Shown piece by piece: positions 30,545 through 41,300 of a stretch of DNA of 64,000 bases. The notes beneath the pieces were generated by a model that saw only the letters and a program-made list of their open reading frames with translations, was not told the origin of the DNA and did no database searches. Location: positions 1-64,000 of the forward strand of contig VFLI01000012.1 of assembly GCA_009885105.1 (NCBI GenBank), in the 5' to 3' direction. The translations under genes were made by a program, and so were the position numbers. How positions within the stretch are numbered: the stretch's first letter is position 1; every line of letters starts with the position of its first letter. Origin of the DNA: Spirochaetia bacterium. Lineage in GTDB: Bacteria > Spirochaetota > Leptospiria > Leptospirales > Leptonemataceae.

Positions 30545-33118
30545 CTAATTCCGCATCAGTATTTCACGAAGAGAGACAATATTTTCATTTGCCGGCTGAA
30601 TTTCCGCAGCTTCGTTCAAGATCATCACAGCCCTTTCTTTATTGGCCGTTAATCTATAAATATCAGAGAGATTGATCAGATTCTTCAAATGATCCGGTTT
30701 TCGTATCCGGCATCTTTCTCCATAATCGGCGGCTCTGTCAAATTCTCTATTTCTCTTCAGCGCACAGGCGGCATAGTACAGAAAATCCAGATCTTCCGGA
30801 TGTTTTTCACTGTGCGAATCGCAGAACGAAGCTGCGGCAGAATAATCTTTAGTTCGGACATACAGCCTGTAAAGGGCGCGCGCTGTGCGCTCTATGGAAT
30901 ACTTTTTTTGATAAGCTTCTTTTAAATGCCGGATGGCCGCGGGGGTATCGCCTGAAGAAAGCGCATCGCGCACTTCATTCAATTTATGAGAGTGAAGCGA
31001 TGCGTCGACCATACGAACGGCCGCATCCTCACGGAATGCAATGCGCATCAAAGATAGATCATCGATAATCTCTCCCACATTCTGGATTGCGCTGTAAATT
31101 GCCTTCAAATCGCCTTTGCCCTCTTCAACGATTCTGAGAAACCGCGACTCATCCTCATTGATTATACGCTGTCCATTTCCGCCCCCCATCTCCAGGTCAT
31201 CGCGGCCGTCCGATCCCACGATCAGAACATCGTCCGATTGAAATTTGAATGTTGTCAGCCGAAAATTATTCTCAAGTCCGGCTATGCCGACTTTTCGCAG
31301 CCAGAGCTCATCTTCTGTAAACACAGCCTTTCCACCGCGGTAAAGAACACTCCAGGGATGCTCGGCGTTTAAATAGTAGAGCAGTCCGCTTTCTTCATCA
31401 ATCAAACCCAGAACCAGTGAAACGAGCATGCTTCCGTCAAATGAAACAAAGACGTTCTGAAGCTCCAGAAAGCACTCTTTCAGCCAGGTTTCCGGATATC
31501 TTTCTCTGACCCGTGTCACAGTCTGCGTTCGAGCGATCGTCGCCTTGAAGGCAGTCCCCAGCACCAGCGCCCCGCCGGCCCCCTGCATGGATTTTCCCAT
31601 CGCATCGCCGTTCAGAAACACTACGTACGAACGACCTCGCAGCACAATGCGATGCGCGGCGCAGAAATCCCCGCCCAGCTCCGCATCCCACTTCCCAAAA
31701 TGGAATTTTTTCTTCTGCGAAATGAGAATGTCGACATTCACCGGGCTTCCGGACACGAAATTGCCGCCGAGAGGTTTCAGAAGCAGCGAAGTTAAGAAAT
31801 AGTCGCCGTCCTGCTGCATTTTCAGCTCCCGGACAGCGTCCAGCGTCTTCTGCAGTTTTGCCGTTCTGTCCTGCACTTTATTTTCAAGTGATGTGTTGAG
31901 TTCTTCCACTTCATTATGAACCCGTACAAAACGATTGGCAAGCACTGCGGCGATGCCCGCGATAAAGAGCAAGAAGGCGTAATTTGTTACTCCAAAGAAA
32001 CCTGGGATAATATGCTTTTCAACAAGTATATCCTGCGCAACTCCGAGCATCAGCAGAAAAAAACCGCCAATAAGGATTCTGGCATCGACATTTCCGCGCC
32101 AGGCCTGAAGACCAATCTCATAAAACAGGTACAGAAGAAGAAACGGAACCGTCAACTCCCATACCAGGAGGCATTTCTCCATTTCACTGTACCCCCCGAA
32201 AAGTCCGATCAGAACCATTATCACACTGGAAATAGCGTAAACAATGCCGACACGAGAATACTTCCCGCTGAAAAAGAGAGAAATGAAAAAAGCCATAAAA
32301 GGGCAGATAGAGTACAGCGAAAGCTGGTCCATTTTAGTCGCGACCATTGAATGTGTGCCGTAAATAAGATCGCGCGCCTCCGTGTTTGCCGAAAAGAAAA
32401 CAGCGAATAAAAGACAGAATATTCCAAAATAGAGATTGTACAGATCTTTCGGGCGGCGGATGGCCAGAAGGACATGGTAGAGACCGATGGCCGCGTACAG
32501 CGAAATTAAAGCGAAAGCAATGATAACCGCAATGACATAGTTGTGGAAAACCGTTTCCGCGGAACCAATTTCAATCGGACCTTTCACAATCAGATGCGTT
32601 CCCGGCGTATAAACTGCAAGCACGAGATAATTCGCGCCGTCGGATTTGATCAGGTGTTCCGGAATCACCTGGATAAACTGCGAATCATGAGCCGACAGGT
32701 AGGGCTCAGCCCGGCCGGACTCATGGAGAAGCACACCGTTTATGTAGTACGCTGAGACGTCTGAGACTCCGTCAATATTTACGGCAAGAGGAGCGCCGGG
32801 CGGCATCGCTCTGATCTCCTGATTTATATCTTTTCGCAGCGTAACCCAGCCCCTTTCCGTATGATATTTTTCTATTTCATTTAAATTGGCGGGCAGAGTG
32901 ATATTCTCCCATCCTTCGACAGAATCAGTCAGAAAAGATTTTTCAAATCCGCGACGAATCTGCCATTCGTAGTCGGATGGATTGGTCTCTCTGGATATGC
33001 AGGAAAAGCATCCTGAAACTATCAGGACAAAAGCAAGAAATCGAATATACGTCCGCACAAATCCCCCCGGAAATTTAATTCGCCGAAGACTGCATCGGGC
33101 TGTGCTGAGGAAAAGCAT
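30545..33118 (-). CDS. 7TMR-DISM receptor with intracellular PP2C/SpoIIE phosphatase and C-terminal TPR repeats
   Basis: Periplasmic 7TMR-DISMED2-like region plus 7 TM, a PP2C block (LGGDFCAA...FLNGDAMGKSMQGAGGAL), and a TPR tail. Confidence 0.75.
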   Translation of the reverse strand: MLFLSTARCSLRRIKFPGGFVRTYIRFLAFVLIVSGCFSCISRETNPSDYEWQIRRGFEKSFLTDSVEGWENITLPANLNEIEKYHTERGWVTLRKDINQEIRAMPPGAPLAVNIDGVSDVSAYYINGVLLHESGRAEPYLSAHDSQFIQVIPEHLIKSDGANYLVLAVYTPGTHLIVKGPIEIGSAETVFHNYVIAVIIAFALISLYAAIGLYHVLLAIRRPKDLYNLYFGIFCLLFAVFFSANTEARDLIYGTHSMVATKMDQLSLYSICPFMAFFISLFFSGKYSRVGIVYAISSVIMVLIGLFGGYSEMEKCLLVWELTVPFLLLYLFYEIGLQAWRGNVDARILIGGFFLLMLGVAQDILVEKHIIPGFFGVTNYAFLLFIAGIAAVLANRFVRVHNEVEELNTSLENKVQDRTAKLQKTLDAVRELKMQQDGDYFLTSLLLKPLGGNFVSGSPVNVDILISQKKKFHFGKWDAELGGDFCAAHRIVLRGRSYVVFLNGDAMGKSMQGAGGALVLGTAFKATIARTQTVTRVRERYPETWLKECFLELQNVFVSFDGSMLVSLVLGLIDEESGLLYYLNAEHPWSVLYRGGKAVFTEDELWLRKVGIAGLENNFRLTTFKFQSDDVLIVGSDGRDDLEMGGGNGQRIINEDESRFLRIVEEGKGDLKAIYSAIQNVGEIIDDLSLMRIAFREDAAVRMVDASLHSHKLNEVRDALSSGDTPAAIRHLKEAYQKKYSIERTARALYRLYVRTKDYSAAASFCDSHSEKHPEDLDFLYYAACALKRNREFDRAADYGERCRIRKPDHLKNLINLSDIYRLTANKERAVMILNEAAEIQPANENIVSLREILMRN

Positions 33119-33251
33119 TTTTTAATACTCTTAAAGTAATTTTATAACTTAGAATGATTCTAAAAAAACCCGGGATATTACTCCCGGGTTCAGCACAGAG
33201 CTGACAATCAGCCCTCTTTAGATTCTGTTTAGCCGATGGGAGTCGCTTCGC

Positions 33252-34082
33252 TCAGCGAAGAAGCTGAAGCACGCCCTGGGGTCGTACGCCGGCCTGAGCC
33301 AGCATGGCAGTCGAAGTCTGCGACAGAATCTGGCGGGTGGTCAGATTTACCATCTCCTCCGCCATATCCGTATCGCGTATCCGGGACTCTGAAGCCTGAA
33401 CATTTTCGTACGCGTTCATCAATCCTCTGGCAGCCTGCTCCAGACGATTTCCGTACGCGCCGAGGTCCGATCTCTGCTTCATCAGAGTCGACAGCGCCTT
33501 ATCCATTTTTCCGATGGCGTCATTCGCATGACCCGCCGTTGAAATGCTCACACCAGCAACGCCGAGAGACTGAGCGTTCATCGATTCGATGAACACACGT
33601 TCCCTCTGGCCCTGGTTGGGTCCCATGTGAAACCACATGGATCCGGTCTTGGAGCCTCTGGCAAATTTACCTTCCAGCAGGGGAAATCTGTTGAATTCCG
33701 CCTGCGAAGCGATACGATTCACCTCGTCTACAAGCTGAGCGACTTCGGTCTGGATAAGACCCCGATCTTCATCGCTGTAAATCCCGTTGGCGGACTGAAC
33801 CGCCAGTACGCGAATCCTTTGAATGATATCAGAACTTTGCCCCAGGTATCCCTCGGCGGTCTGAATAAAACTCAGACCATCCTCGGTGTTTCTTTCCGCC
33901 TGGCGCAAACCCTGAATCTGGGTTCGCATTTTCTCCGACACGGCAAGTCCGGACGGGTCATCGCCGGAGCGGTTTATCCGCATACCGGTCGACAACTTCG
34001 CCATGGACTTGTCCACCTCCCACTGATTGAACTTGTACGAGCGATGTGCGTTCACAGCGCTCATATTGTGATTGATAATCAT
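33252..34082 (-). CDS. flaB: flagellar filament core protein FlaB (spirochete flagellin)
   Basis: N-terminus [18 protein letters not shown]..., a C-terminus ending QGVLQLLR, and an RBS AAGGAG upstream of the ATG. Confidence 0.9.
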   Translation of the reverse strand: MIINHNMSAVNAHRSYKFNQWEVDKSMAKLSTGMRINRSGDDPSGLAVSEKMRTQIQGLRQAERNTEDGLSFIQTAEGYLGQSSDIIQRIRVLAVQSANGIYSDEDRGLIQTEVAQLVDEVNRIASQAEFNRFPLLEGKFARGSKTGSMWFHMGPNQGQRERVFIESMNAQSLGVAGVSISTAGHANDAIGKMDKALSTLMKQRSDLGAYGNRLEQAARGLMNAYENVQASESRIRDTDMAEEMVNLTTRQILSQTSTAMLAQAGVRPQGVLQLLR

Positions 34083-34260
34083 CCTGCACTCCTTTGCATC
34101 TTTTTTGCCGCATCGTGCAGCCGGAAGATACAATCCGGAGATTGCATCCTCCCCCTTCCCGGCACCGGCCAGGCCGGTGAGAGGGAAGATACAAGGATAG
34201 AACAGTTATATCAATCAGCAGGGGTACTTAACAGGGCACCTCCCGATTTCTCAAATACGA

Positions 34261-35103
34261 TTAACGCAGAAGCTGGAGCACGGACTGCGGACGCATGTTT
34301 GCCTGGGCAAGCATGGCCGTTCCGGACTGAACCAGAATCTGATTTTTCGTAAATGCGCTGGATTCTTCCGCCATATCGACATCGCGTATGCGGGATTCCG
34401 ACGCCTGCGTATTCTCATACGCATTCATCAGGCCTTTCGCAGTCTGCTCCAGACGATTGTAATAGGCTCCGAGATTCGCTCTCTGCTTGCTCATCATGAA
34501 CAGAGCATTGTCGATTGCGCCGATTGTTTCATTGGCGTGATCGATTGTCGAAAGCGAAATCGGCTTTGGGCCGTTCTTTATCTTGAGAGCAGCGGCGGTC
34601 ATCGTGGCGATGAACACTCTTTCTCTCTGATGCTGATTGGCGCCCATGTGGAACCACATGGAACCTATTTTGGATCCTCTGGCGAATTGTCCCTGTAGCA
34701 GATTCATTTTATTGAATTCCGCCTGGGAAGCGATTCGGTCTACTTCGTCAACCAGCTGGGATACTTCAACCTGGATCATCAGACGATCCTTGTTTTCGTA
34801 AATCCCGTTGGCGGATTGAACGGCGAGCACACGGATTCTCTGCAATATGTCGTTCACTGACGCCATATAGCCTTCCGTGGTCTGAATCATGCTCATACCG
34901 TCTTCGGTATTTCTTTCAGCCTGTCTCAGACCCTGAACCTGTGTACGCATTTTCTCCGACACGGCAAGTCCGGAAGCATCGTCACCGGCGCGGTTTATCC
35001 GCAAACCGGAAGACAATTTTTCCATATTATGTTCCACCTGCCAGTGCTGGAACTTGAGAACGCGATTTGAATTAATCGCGGGTAGGTTGTGGTTTATTAT
35101 CAT
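34261..35103 (-). CDS. flaB: flagellar filament core protein FlaB (second tandem paralog)
   Basis: N-terminus [18 protein letters not shown]..., an RBS AAGGAGG, and a paralog of the previous gene. Confidence 0.9.
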   Translation of the reverse strand: MIINHNLPAINSNRVLKFQHWQVEHNMEKLSSGLRINRAGDDASGLAVSEKMRTQVQGLRQAERNTEDGMSMIQTTEGYMASVNDILQRIRVLAVQSANGIYENKDRLMIQVEVSQLVDEVDRIASQAEFNKMNLLQGQFARGSKIGSMWFHMGANQHQRERVFIATMTAAALKIKNGPKPISLSTIDHANETIGAIDNALFMMSKQRANLGAYYNRLEQTAKGLMNAYENTQASESRIRDVDMAEESSAFTKNQILVQSGTAMLAQANMRPQSVLQLLR

Positions 35104-35156
35104 TCGTTTCCTCCTTGAAACCTTTTTTCAAGAACTTCATCCTGAAGCTCCTGTTG

Positions 35157-35187
35157 ACCGGAACTGCGTGGCCCCGGTTTTTTTTTT
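35157..35187 (+). terminator. orphan plus-strand hairpin + T10 (terminator-like) inside the flaB2 upstream region
   Basis: accgg-N12-ccggt followed by ten T residues. There is no upstream plus-strand gene. Confidence 0.25.
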
Positions 35188-35228
35188 AAGCCATCTGTAA
35201 AAAAATCGTAAAAACGACTCAAGTACGG

Positions 35229-35293
35229 AAAGCCCTATTATTGCAATCGGGATGTCGGAAAGGACACTTGAGGGCTTTAGCGTTTTTTTTTAT
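35229..35293 (+). terminator. second orphan plus-strand stem (aaagccct/agggcttt) + T9 upstream of the UPF0016 gene
   Basis: 8-bp stem with a ~33-nt loop then a T-run. Could be the expression platform of a 5' leader. Confidence 0.25.
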
Positions 35294-35424
35294 TTTTTTC
35301 TGAAATTTTTGCTAAAGTTTTTGAGGGAAAAGGAGTGTGAAAAAAGGGGATAGGGAGATTTATAGGGGATGTGGGGATGGATGAGATATGAGAATGAATC
35401 AGGAATTAATATATAGAGGTTTTT

Positions 35425-35697
35425 ATGTTCTGGCAAACACTGACAACAGTATTTTTCACGGTATTTCTGGCCGAGATGGGCGACAAAACGCAGCTGGCAA
35501 CGATGATGTACTCCGCGGACGGAGATAAAAGCCGCCTGGCCATATTCGTCGGCGCAGCATCCGCACTGGTTCTGACCTCCGCTATCGGCGTTCTGGCCGG
35601 ATCGATCATTTCCAATTATGTGCCGGAAAATATTATCAAATGGGCAGCCGGCATCGGCTTCATTGCTGTGGGAATCTGGACGATTTTTTCAGCATGA
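35425..35697 (+). CDS. UPF0016 (GDT1/TMEM165-like) half-size membrane protein, putative Mn2+/Ca2+ transporter subunit
   Basis: Signature LAEMGDKTQLAT (E-x-G-D-K-T) and 3 TM helices. Confidence 0.7.
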   Translation: MFWQTLTTVFFTVFLAEMGDKTQLATMMYSADGDKSRLAIFVGAASALVLTSAIGVLAGSIISNYVPENIIKWAAGIGFIAVGIWTIFSA

Positions 35698-35738
35698 AGA
35701 TGGAAAAACGGGACGAACTATTGCAGCAAAGAGGCCCA

Positions 35739-36011
35739 ATGAAACACCTGATCATCACTTTCGCAGTTGTATTGAGCGTGGCGTTTTCCCTCCAAGGCTG
35801 CTCTGGACTTTTTCCGGACTGCCAGAAAGAAAACAAAAAAGCCGATGAGTGCTATGTGGCGGCGTTTGCGGCCATGAGCCAGTGTACGCAACGGGTGGCA
35901 ACAGGACAGTCCGGGGGATCTTCCGGTACAGAGTGCACCGGACTATTTTTTGGCGCAATTGCCTTCTGCACAGCACAGATCCCGTCTGTATGCCGGTCTT
36001 CAGAGGAATGA
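35739..36011 (+). CDS. small Cys-rich lipoprotein (hypothetical)
   Basis: Lipobox SLQGC after a hydrophobic h-region, and an RBS AAGAGG. Confidence 0.5.
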   Translation: MKHLIITFAVVLSVAFSLQGCSGLFPDCQKENKKADECYVAAFAAMSQCTQRVATGQSGGSSGTECTGLFFGAIAFCTAQIPSVCRSSEE

Positions 36012-36086
36012 TGCTGCGCTTTGAGAATAGGTTCCCCGGAGTTCGTGCACAATATCTTTGGAGGCCGCGGATTATTCCGGATCGGT

Positions 36087-37517
36087 CTACGACACAGGAC
36101 GTGTATTCTTCGCCAGATATTCCGACAAAGCGCGGTTGTGCTTCACAATGGCTTCCGGGAGATCGTGCCAGTCCCAGAAATACGCTTTATCCACCCACTC
36201 CTCAATGTCCTTTTCCTTTTTTGAAAACGGCGGGAAACGTTCGTTCTGAAATCCCGGCACGTCGACCCAGTATCCGCTGAAAACAAGACAGGCAGTTGCC
36301 GGATCGTAAAGCGGCATGGGCGGCGGAGGTTCGCTGCGCAGCATATCAAGCCTCAGAGGTCGAAGCTCATAATTTACGAAACGATCCGAAGCAAGCGACG
36401 GAGGAAGCAGAACCTGATGCGAATCCATCTCCGGAGGCTGCTCTTCGTCATGTTCGAAGAGATCGCGAGGGAAAATATTTTGAAATATGTGCCCGGCAAA
36501 CTCGGCCAGCACAGAGATATGATACAGGCCCGGAGTAGGATACAGCGCATGCGATCCTTCGGCGACGGGAACGATCGGGTGCTCCTGAACCGCGGGGGAA
36601 TCGGTGTCCGGAAAGCGAAGACGGACGCGGCCTGTGCTCCACATCTTCAGGTTATTCAGAAACAAAATCGGCTGATTCTCAAGGTGTCCGGATAGAACCA
36701 GTGTTTCTGGTTTCTCATCGCCGTTAAAAGCAATTGTAAGACTCTCTCTGTCGAAGATGTGCGGTCCAATATTCAGCATTTTTGCTATTCCCGTTTTCGG
36801 ATCAAAGGCATAGAATGTATGATAATTAATAAAAAACCTTTCTGAATTTCTGTCCTCAATGTACGAATAGTAAACGACGGACGATCGGAAATCCCCCTGA
36901 ATTTTCACAAACACGCTGTCGTCCATGTCGAGGACGGACTGATCCAGAAGATACTCAGAATTCCCGTTGTACCTCAGGAATTCGTCCAGCCGGGAGATCG
37001 CGATCTGTTCGGAGCCCATGAAGGTTTTCACTTCGACACACTGATCGGTTTCCAGGATGCTCCGGGATTTTAAAAGTTCCGCAAATGATACAGGAAAGTA
37101 TTTTTCCTTTCTACTGAAAAGAAAAACAGGCGCATACCGACTAGCCAGCTCCTCAATACGTTCCGGAGTCCGCCGCTTCGAAGTCTGTATATACACATGC
37201 TGTTTCCAGAAACTCTGTCTCGCGCCGTCTTCGTCTCTGCCCGTTATTTCCACCGTATAGACACCTGGCTTCTTCCCCTCCAGGTCAGCGCTGAAACGAT
37301 ACTCGGGATCGATCAGGCCTTCGGCCACCAGATTGTCATTTTCATGGATTGAAAATCGCAGTGTGTGCGGACTCAGATTGGCCCTTCGCTGAAACTCTTC
37401 AGGATTTGCGCGTATCCAGGGCATTTCGGCCATGAAGCGCCTGCCTGCCTCCAGAATGCTGAACATGCGCCGAACCGGTTGATCCATCGGTCCAGCATAC
37501 GGGGCATGGCCCGACAT
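36087..37517 (-). CDS. Vps62/DUF946-like protein (hypothetical)
   Basis: Contains YAPVFLFSRKEKYFPVS, resembling the DUF946 hallmark YAPxxxxHxxExYxP. It lies 59 bp downstream of the PolB-like gene on the same strand. Confidence 0.4.
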   Translation of the reverse strand: MSGHAPYAGPMDQPVRRMFSILEAGRRFMAEMPWIRANPEEFQRRANLSPHTLRFSIHENDNLVAEGLIDPEYRFSADLEGKKPGVYTVEITGRDEDGARQSFWKQHVYIQTSKRRTPERIEELASRYAPVFLFSRKEKYFPVSFAELLKSRSILETDQCVEVKTFMGSEQIAISRLDEFLRYNGNSEYLLDQSVLDMDDSVFVKIQGDFRSSVVYYSYIEDRNSERFFINYHTFYAFDPKTGIAKMLNIGPHIFDRESLTIAFNGDEKPETLVLSGHLENQPILFLNNLKMWSTGRVRLRFPDTDSPAVQEHPIVPVAEGSHALYPTPGLYHISVLAEFAGHIFQNIFPRDLFEHDEEQPPEMDSHQVLLPPSLASDRFVNYELRPLRLDMLRSEPPPPMPLYDPATACLVFSGYWVDVPGFQNERFPPFSKKEKDIEEWVDKAYFWDWHDLPEAIVKHNRALSEYLAKNTRPVS

Positions 37518-37575
37518 GCAAGCAAGATAGATACGTAAAAAAAGATTTACTCACAGCCCCTGGCCGCCGCTGCCC

Positions 37576-39879
37576 TTACAGTCCCAGCCTTCTCTGGCCG
37601 TCTTCCAGCATCGCAAAATATCCCGCCGGCGCAAAGCACTCCCATATTTCGCGATAGGCTTCTCGCAGGAGTTTTGTGTACGCTTTCACATCATACTGCG
37701 GATTCGTCTGTTTCTGCATGAGAGCGATTTCCTCCGCAAGATACCGGCGACTCTTGTCCGCATGACCCTGCGATGTAATCAGATACCGTATTTTTTCTCC
37801 GGGCTGCACGCGAATATTTCCGGAGGCCAGCTGCTGCAGAGACAAGAGGCTCGGGCCGCTGGCGGTGTAATCTTCCAGATTCCGGCTGATTGTCCGACGC
37901 AGAAGCAGATCCTGCCAGACGACTTCACGCCGTTCAATTTTTTTCTTCATAGAGTGGAACGCGGCGTCCATTCTGGGATGAAGGCTGCGCAGGTGAAACG
38001 ATGTCGATGCCGTCTGCATGATCGACAGCAGTTCCTTCTGCGAATTCTGTATAAATGTCGGACTGTCTTTTCTTCGCGCGGCGATACCCCGGACTTTGAG
38101 CACTCCGTTTTCATATCTGCCGAAGTAGCGGTTGGCGACGGGAATTTTCTCGTCCGCGCGCGAAGGCAGAAACACAATCCAGGAAAAAACTCCTTCCACG
38201 GCGATTTCCACTCCGGCGGAATAGTAAATCCGGCTGCAGAGATTTTCCAGATCCGTTTTCCCGGCGCCGTCAGCCCCGGCGGACTGCATGCGTACAAACA
38301 GACAGTCTGTGATTGCGTGCAGCACCGGACAGCCGCTGTCTTCTGCGATTTTCGCGGCGTTCAGAAGTTTATCCCGGCCAAAAGCCGTCACCGCCTCATG
38401 CGATTCCAGACGTCCGAATTTTGCGTTGCGGTATCCCAGATATCCGAAGCTCGTCACCAGAAGCCATTTCAGAGAACTCTGCCGGGCCTCCGCCCTCTCC
38501 TGCTCGTCGCCCGTCGTCTGTTTCTTAATATTTTTATAGTATTTTCTGCGCGCCAGAATTGGCGCCAGAGCCGTCGGCACAACGCCCCGGCGTTTGACGC
38601 AGATATGGTAGTTTGCCTCCGGAACGCGAGGAGTCTCGATGCCGCGGCAGCAGTCGCAGAGCACCGTCTCGGGCGAAATGTTGTGATTCACCATGATCGA
38701 CGGATACATCTGACTGAAATCGAGCTGAGCGACCTGCTCAAACACGCAGCTCTCTCGGATGTCCGGCTCGAACACAAGCCCGCCCTTATCGATGTTCAGA
38801 AGTTCCAGCGCTGTTTTTTTCTCTTCCAGATGGCTCTTCTGCCAGGGAACCAGGTAGCCGGGCCCAAACGCGGCCTGGGTCTGGATCGAAGTCATGGCCG
38901 TGCCGGTGGACGACCGGGCCAGTCTCTGTACGGGCAGTTTGCTGAGCCGCGCCAGTTCGACAATGCCGTCCAGGCGGCTTTCTTTAAATACAAAAGAATT
39001 GCAAGAATCGATATGCCATCGCCCAAAAAGCGGATACGAAGGCGCGCGAAACACGATGCTGCCGTACGTCATGTAGCTCGTTCCTTTTGTGTATATCTTT
39101 CTCAGAGTTCTGACGCGATCGCGGTCCAGATGCGGCTCGACACCGTGTTTCTGGGCCAGCGAAAATATCTCCGGCATAATGATCTGGTCCCCGTACGCGG
39201 AAAGAATGACATCCGGATCCGCGCGGTCCAATATTTCGTTCAACCGACTCAGAAATCGCGCCGGATCGGAGGCGGAAAGTTCGACCTCTTCGCCGTTCGC
39301 TTCAATCAGAAGCGAGTTTCCCGCACTCAAGGAAATTCTGTGACTTACCTTCATTCGCATTTTCATGATGCGAAACGAAGGCAGACGGTAGGACGGATCG
39401 TCCGAATCTTCCAGCAGTTCGATTTTTTCTAGATGCGGGCCGGGCCCTGCATGAACGCGGATGCGCGCTGTGGGAAATATCCTTTTTTCGTACATGTAGT
39501 TCGTGGGCACTTCGATGTCGCTGTGATAAATATCGATGCGTCCGAAAAGCGCGTACAGTTTTTTGTGAATCGTGCGAAGAAACGAAGGGCGCGCGAACCG
39601 GTAGGCGGTCACGTCGATCATGCGGTTCTGATAGAAATGCAGTTTTGATGCTGCAAACGGAGGATCTTTCAGAACGCCCAGAGTCGTCAGACGATCGCTT
39701 AATTTTTTTATAGAATTTTTTGAACCGTGCGCGTAGATGACTGGATAAAACGTATCCGTGACCAAATGCGCGTGTCCTTCCTGATCGAGAATCCAGAGGT
39801 AGAGGATGTCCTCCAGATGGTAGATATCGAAGAGGATTCCGGTGAGGCACGGGCGGAGCAACATCGAACCGGAAAGCAT
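37576..39879 (-). CDS. family B DNA polymerase, E. coli Pol II-like, with degenerate 3'-5' exonuclease motifs
   Basis: Motif A LDFSQMYPSIM, motif B LKWLLVTSFGYLG, motif C region HAITDC (cf. YGDTDS), and an RYFG KKRY-like motif. Segments align by eye to E. coli Pol II (ADPDVILSAYGDQIIMPEIFSLAQKHG vs [23 protein letters not shown]). The Exo I/II/III acidic residues are not found. Confidence 0.65.
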   Translation of the reverse strand: MLSGSMLLRPCLTGILFDIYHLEDILYLWILDQEGHAHLVTDTFYPVIYAHGSKNSIKKLSDRLTTLGVLKDPPFAASKLHFYQNRMIDVTAYRFARPSFLRTIHKKLYALFGRIDIYHSDIEVPTNYMYEKRIFPTARIRVHAGPGPHLEKIELLEDSDDPSYRLPSFRIMKMRMKVSHRISLSAGNSLLIEANGEEVELSASDPARFLSRLNEILDRADPDVILSAYGDQIIMPEIFSLAQKHGVEPHLDRDRVRTLRKIYTKGTSYMTYGSIVFRAPSYPLFGRWHIDSCNSFVFKESRLDGIVELARLSKLPVQRLARSSTGTAMTSIQTQAAFGPGYLVPWQKSHLEEKKTALELLNIDKGGLVFEPDIRESCVFEQVAQLDFSQMYPSIMVNHNISPETVLCDCCRGIETPRVPEANYHICVKRRGVVPTALAPILARRKYYKNIKKQTTGDEQERAEARQSSLKWLLVTSFGYLGYRNAKFGRLESHEAVTAFGRDKLLNAAKIAEDSGCPVLHAITDCLFVRMQSAGADGAGKTDLENLCSRIYYSAGVEIAVEGVFSWIVFLPSRADEKIPVANRYFGRYENGVLKVRGIAARRKDSPTFIQNSQKELLSIMQTASTSFHLRSLHPRMDAAFHSMKKKIERREVVWQDLLLRRTISRNLEDYTASGPSLLSLQQLASGNIRVQPGEKIRYLITSQGHADKSRRYLAEEIALMQKQTNPQYDVKAYTKLLREAYREIWECFAPAGYFAMLEDGQRRLGL

Positions 39880-40635
39880 GATACCATATATATGTCGGCT
39901 ATACGGACGACAAGTATTTCGAGAGGTGCTGGAAAAAATATTTTTGTGTCAATGAGACATAATGAGGAAGAAATGTTTACCGCCTCCGGATGCCTCATTT
40001 TATTCTTCTCTGTAAGCAGATCTGCACGCGTTCCTGGAGACGCTTCGCCGCCGATGGACTGAATTTACGTCCCTTTGAACACCAGCGTCGTTTCCTGGAT
40101 GAGTCGCTCTCCATTAAATATTCTTGCATTGATAATGGCGGTGGGATTATTTTCGGGAGTATTTTGTTTCCAACTGCAGCTGGCTGGGAAAATGGTAAAA
40201 ATCAGGACGACTATAATTGAATATATTTTTATTATTTTTATATTTTCTATAATATTTAGCTTCATAATTCAAACTTTTTTATGGCACTGGCATCACGGGC
40301 GATTACCGAGGCGCACAGCTGGGCGCACATATCCTCCTGCCTTCAGGATTTGCAAAGCCAGAGTACAGGAAATAGAAAATTTACTCAATAAAAGTGATGA
40401 TTTCTACCACAGGATGTCATCTACATCTCCAACGAAAATACCAAAAACCGCCATACCGGCCAGGCTTTGAACGAAATTCTCTCTATAAAACACTCCGACC
40501 AGCCGCCCGATTTCGCGATGGACATCTTTCATCGAGCTGGCGGCAGACCGCCCACGCTCTCAGACTGGAAAGGGAAGAAGAGCCACACACATACTGGACA
40601 AAATCATTCATCCCGTTATGAGCGAGCGCGGGTCC

Positions 40636-41300
40636 TGGCGGAGAAGTCCGGCGCGTCTTCGCGACCGTCGGAGCCAGGGCCCGCCGAGCGACTTCCGCAC
40701 ATTCATATGATTGGAACGAGAGAACTTGTCAATATCCGCACCGGCGAAATAATAAGACCAGCATACCTTCCGTACAGAAAAATACGTCTTCATTGGATGC
40801 ATTGTTTCTGCAAACTTCTCGTGAGGCGTAATATCATGACAGCTGAAGAATCCCGCTCAATACGCGCCAGATGCACAAACGGTTTTCATGTCTATTTCCA
40901 GCCAATAACCGGATCTGACAACGACGTTCTATTCCGTACAGCAGAGTACATCGCCTCCGGATTTTTTCATAACAGCCAGATCCTGAAAGTGGACGATTCG
41001 AAGAAAGAGATCATATTTAAATACCGCAGCTGGGTAGATCATGCTTCAAAGAAAAAATATTACAAAAATATCAAGATGGATATTTTCGAATTCATGGCGC
41101 GGATGTTGTATTTCCTGCCAGATCATCATCAGAAATCGATCCGATATTACGGAATCTATGCGCAATCAAAACGACGAATTGTGGATTATCCTGAACCTGT
41201 GACTTGCACATGGTCAAGAGCGATTGAAAAGTCTTTTGAGAATAAATTTAAGCCCCCAGCCTTCCAAAGTCTCTCGTGCACCCCTGCCAGTATCCGGTAA
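40636..41300 (+). pseudogene. IS91-family-like (HUH-Y2 rolling-circle) transposase remnant, copy 1
   Basis: HUH motif LPHIHMIG and a Y-x-x-x-Y motif IRYYGIYA. There is no N-terminal Zn-finger domain, and the C-terminus carries a ~230-bp deletion relative to copy 2. Confidence 0.5.

Noticed and set aside
34083-34260. Sigma-28 (TAAA-N15-GCCGATAA) promoter upstream of the flaB genes
   Set aside because: The nearest candidate (TTAAGT...GCTGATTGATA on the minus strand) has the wrong spacing. I could not find a convincing match.
37762-39432. Long ORFs antisense to real genes (e.g. 37762..39432 +, 4763..5893 -, 5945..6742 -, 17507..18268 +, 20212..21255 -, 21636..22388 -)
   Set aside because: Their translations are low-complexity and Arg/Pro-rich. 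The opposite strand carries clear family motifs (PolB, SPFH/NadK, GGDEF, GS, GATase). They are typical spurious ORFs in GC-rich DNA.
40075-40470. ORF 40075..40470 as the missing N-terminus of the IS91-like transposase
   Set aside because: It has no Cys/His zinc-finger pattern. It is low-complexity and spans an AT-rich tract, so it is more likely non-coding island DNA.
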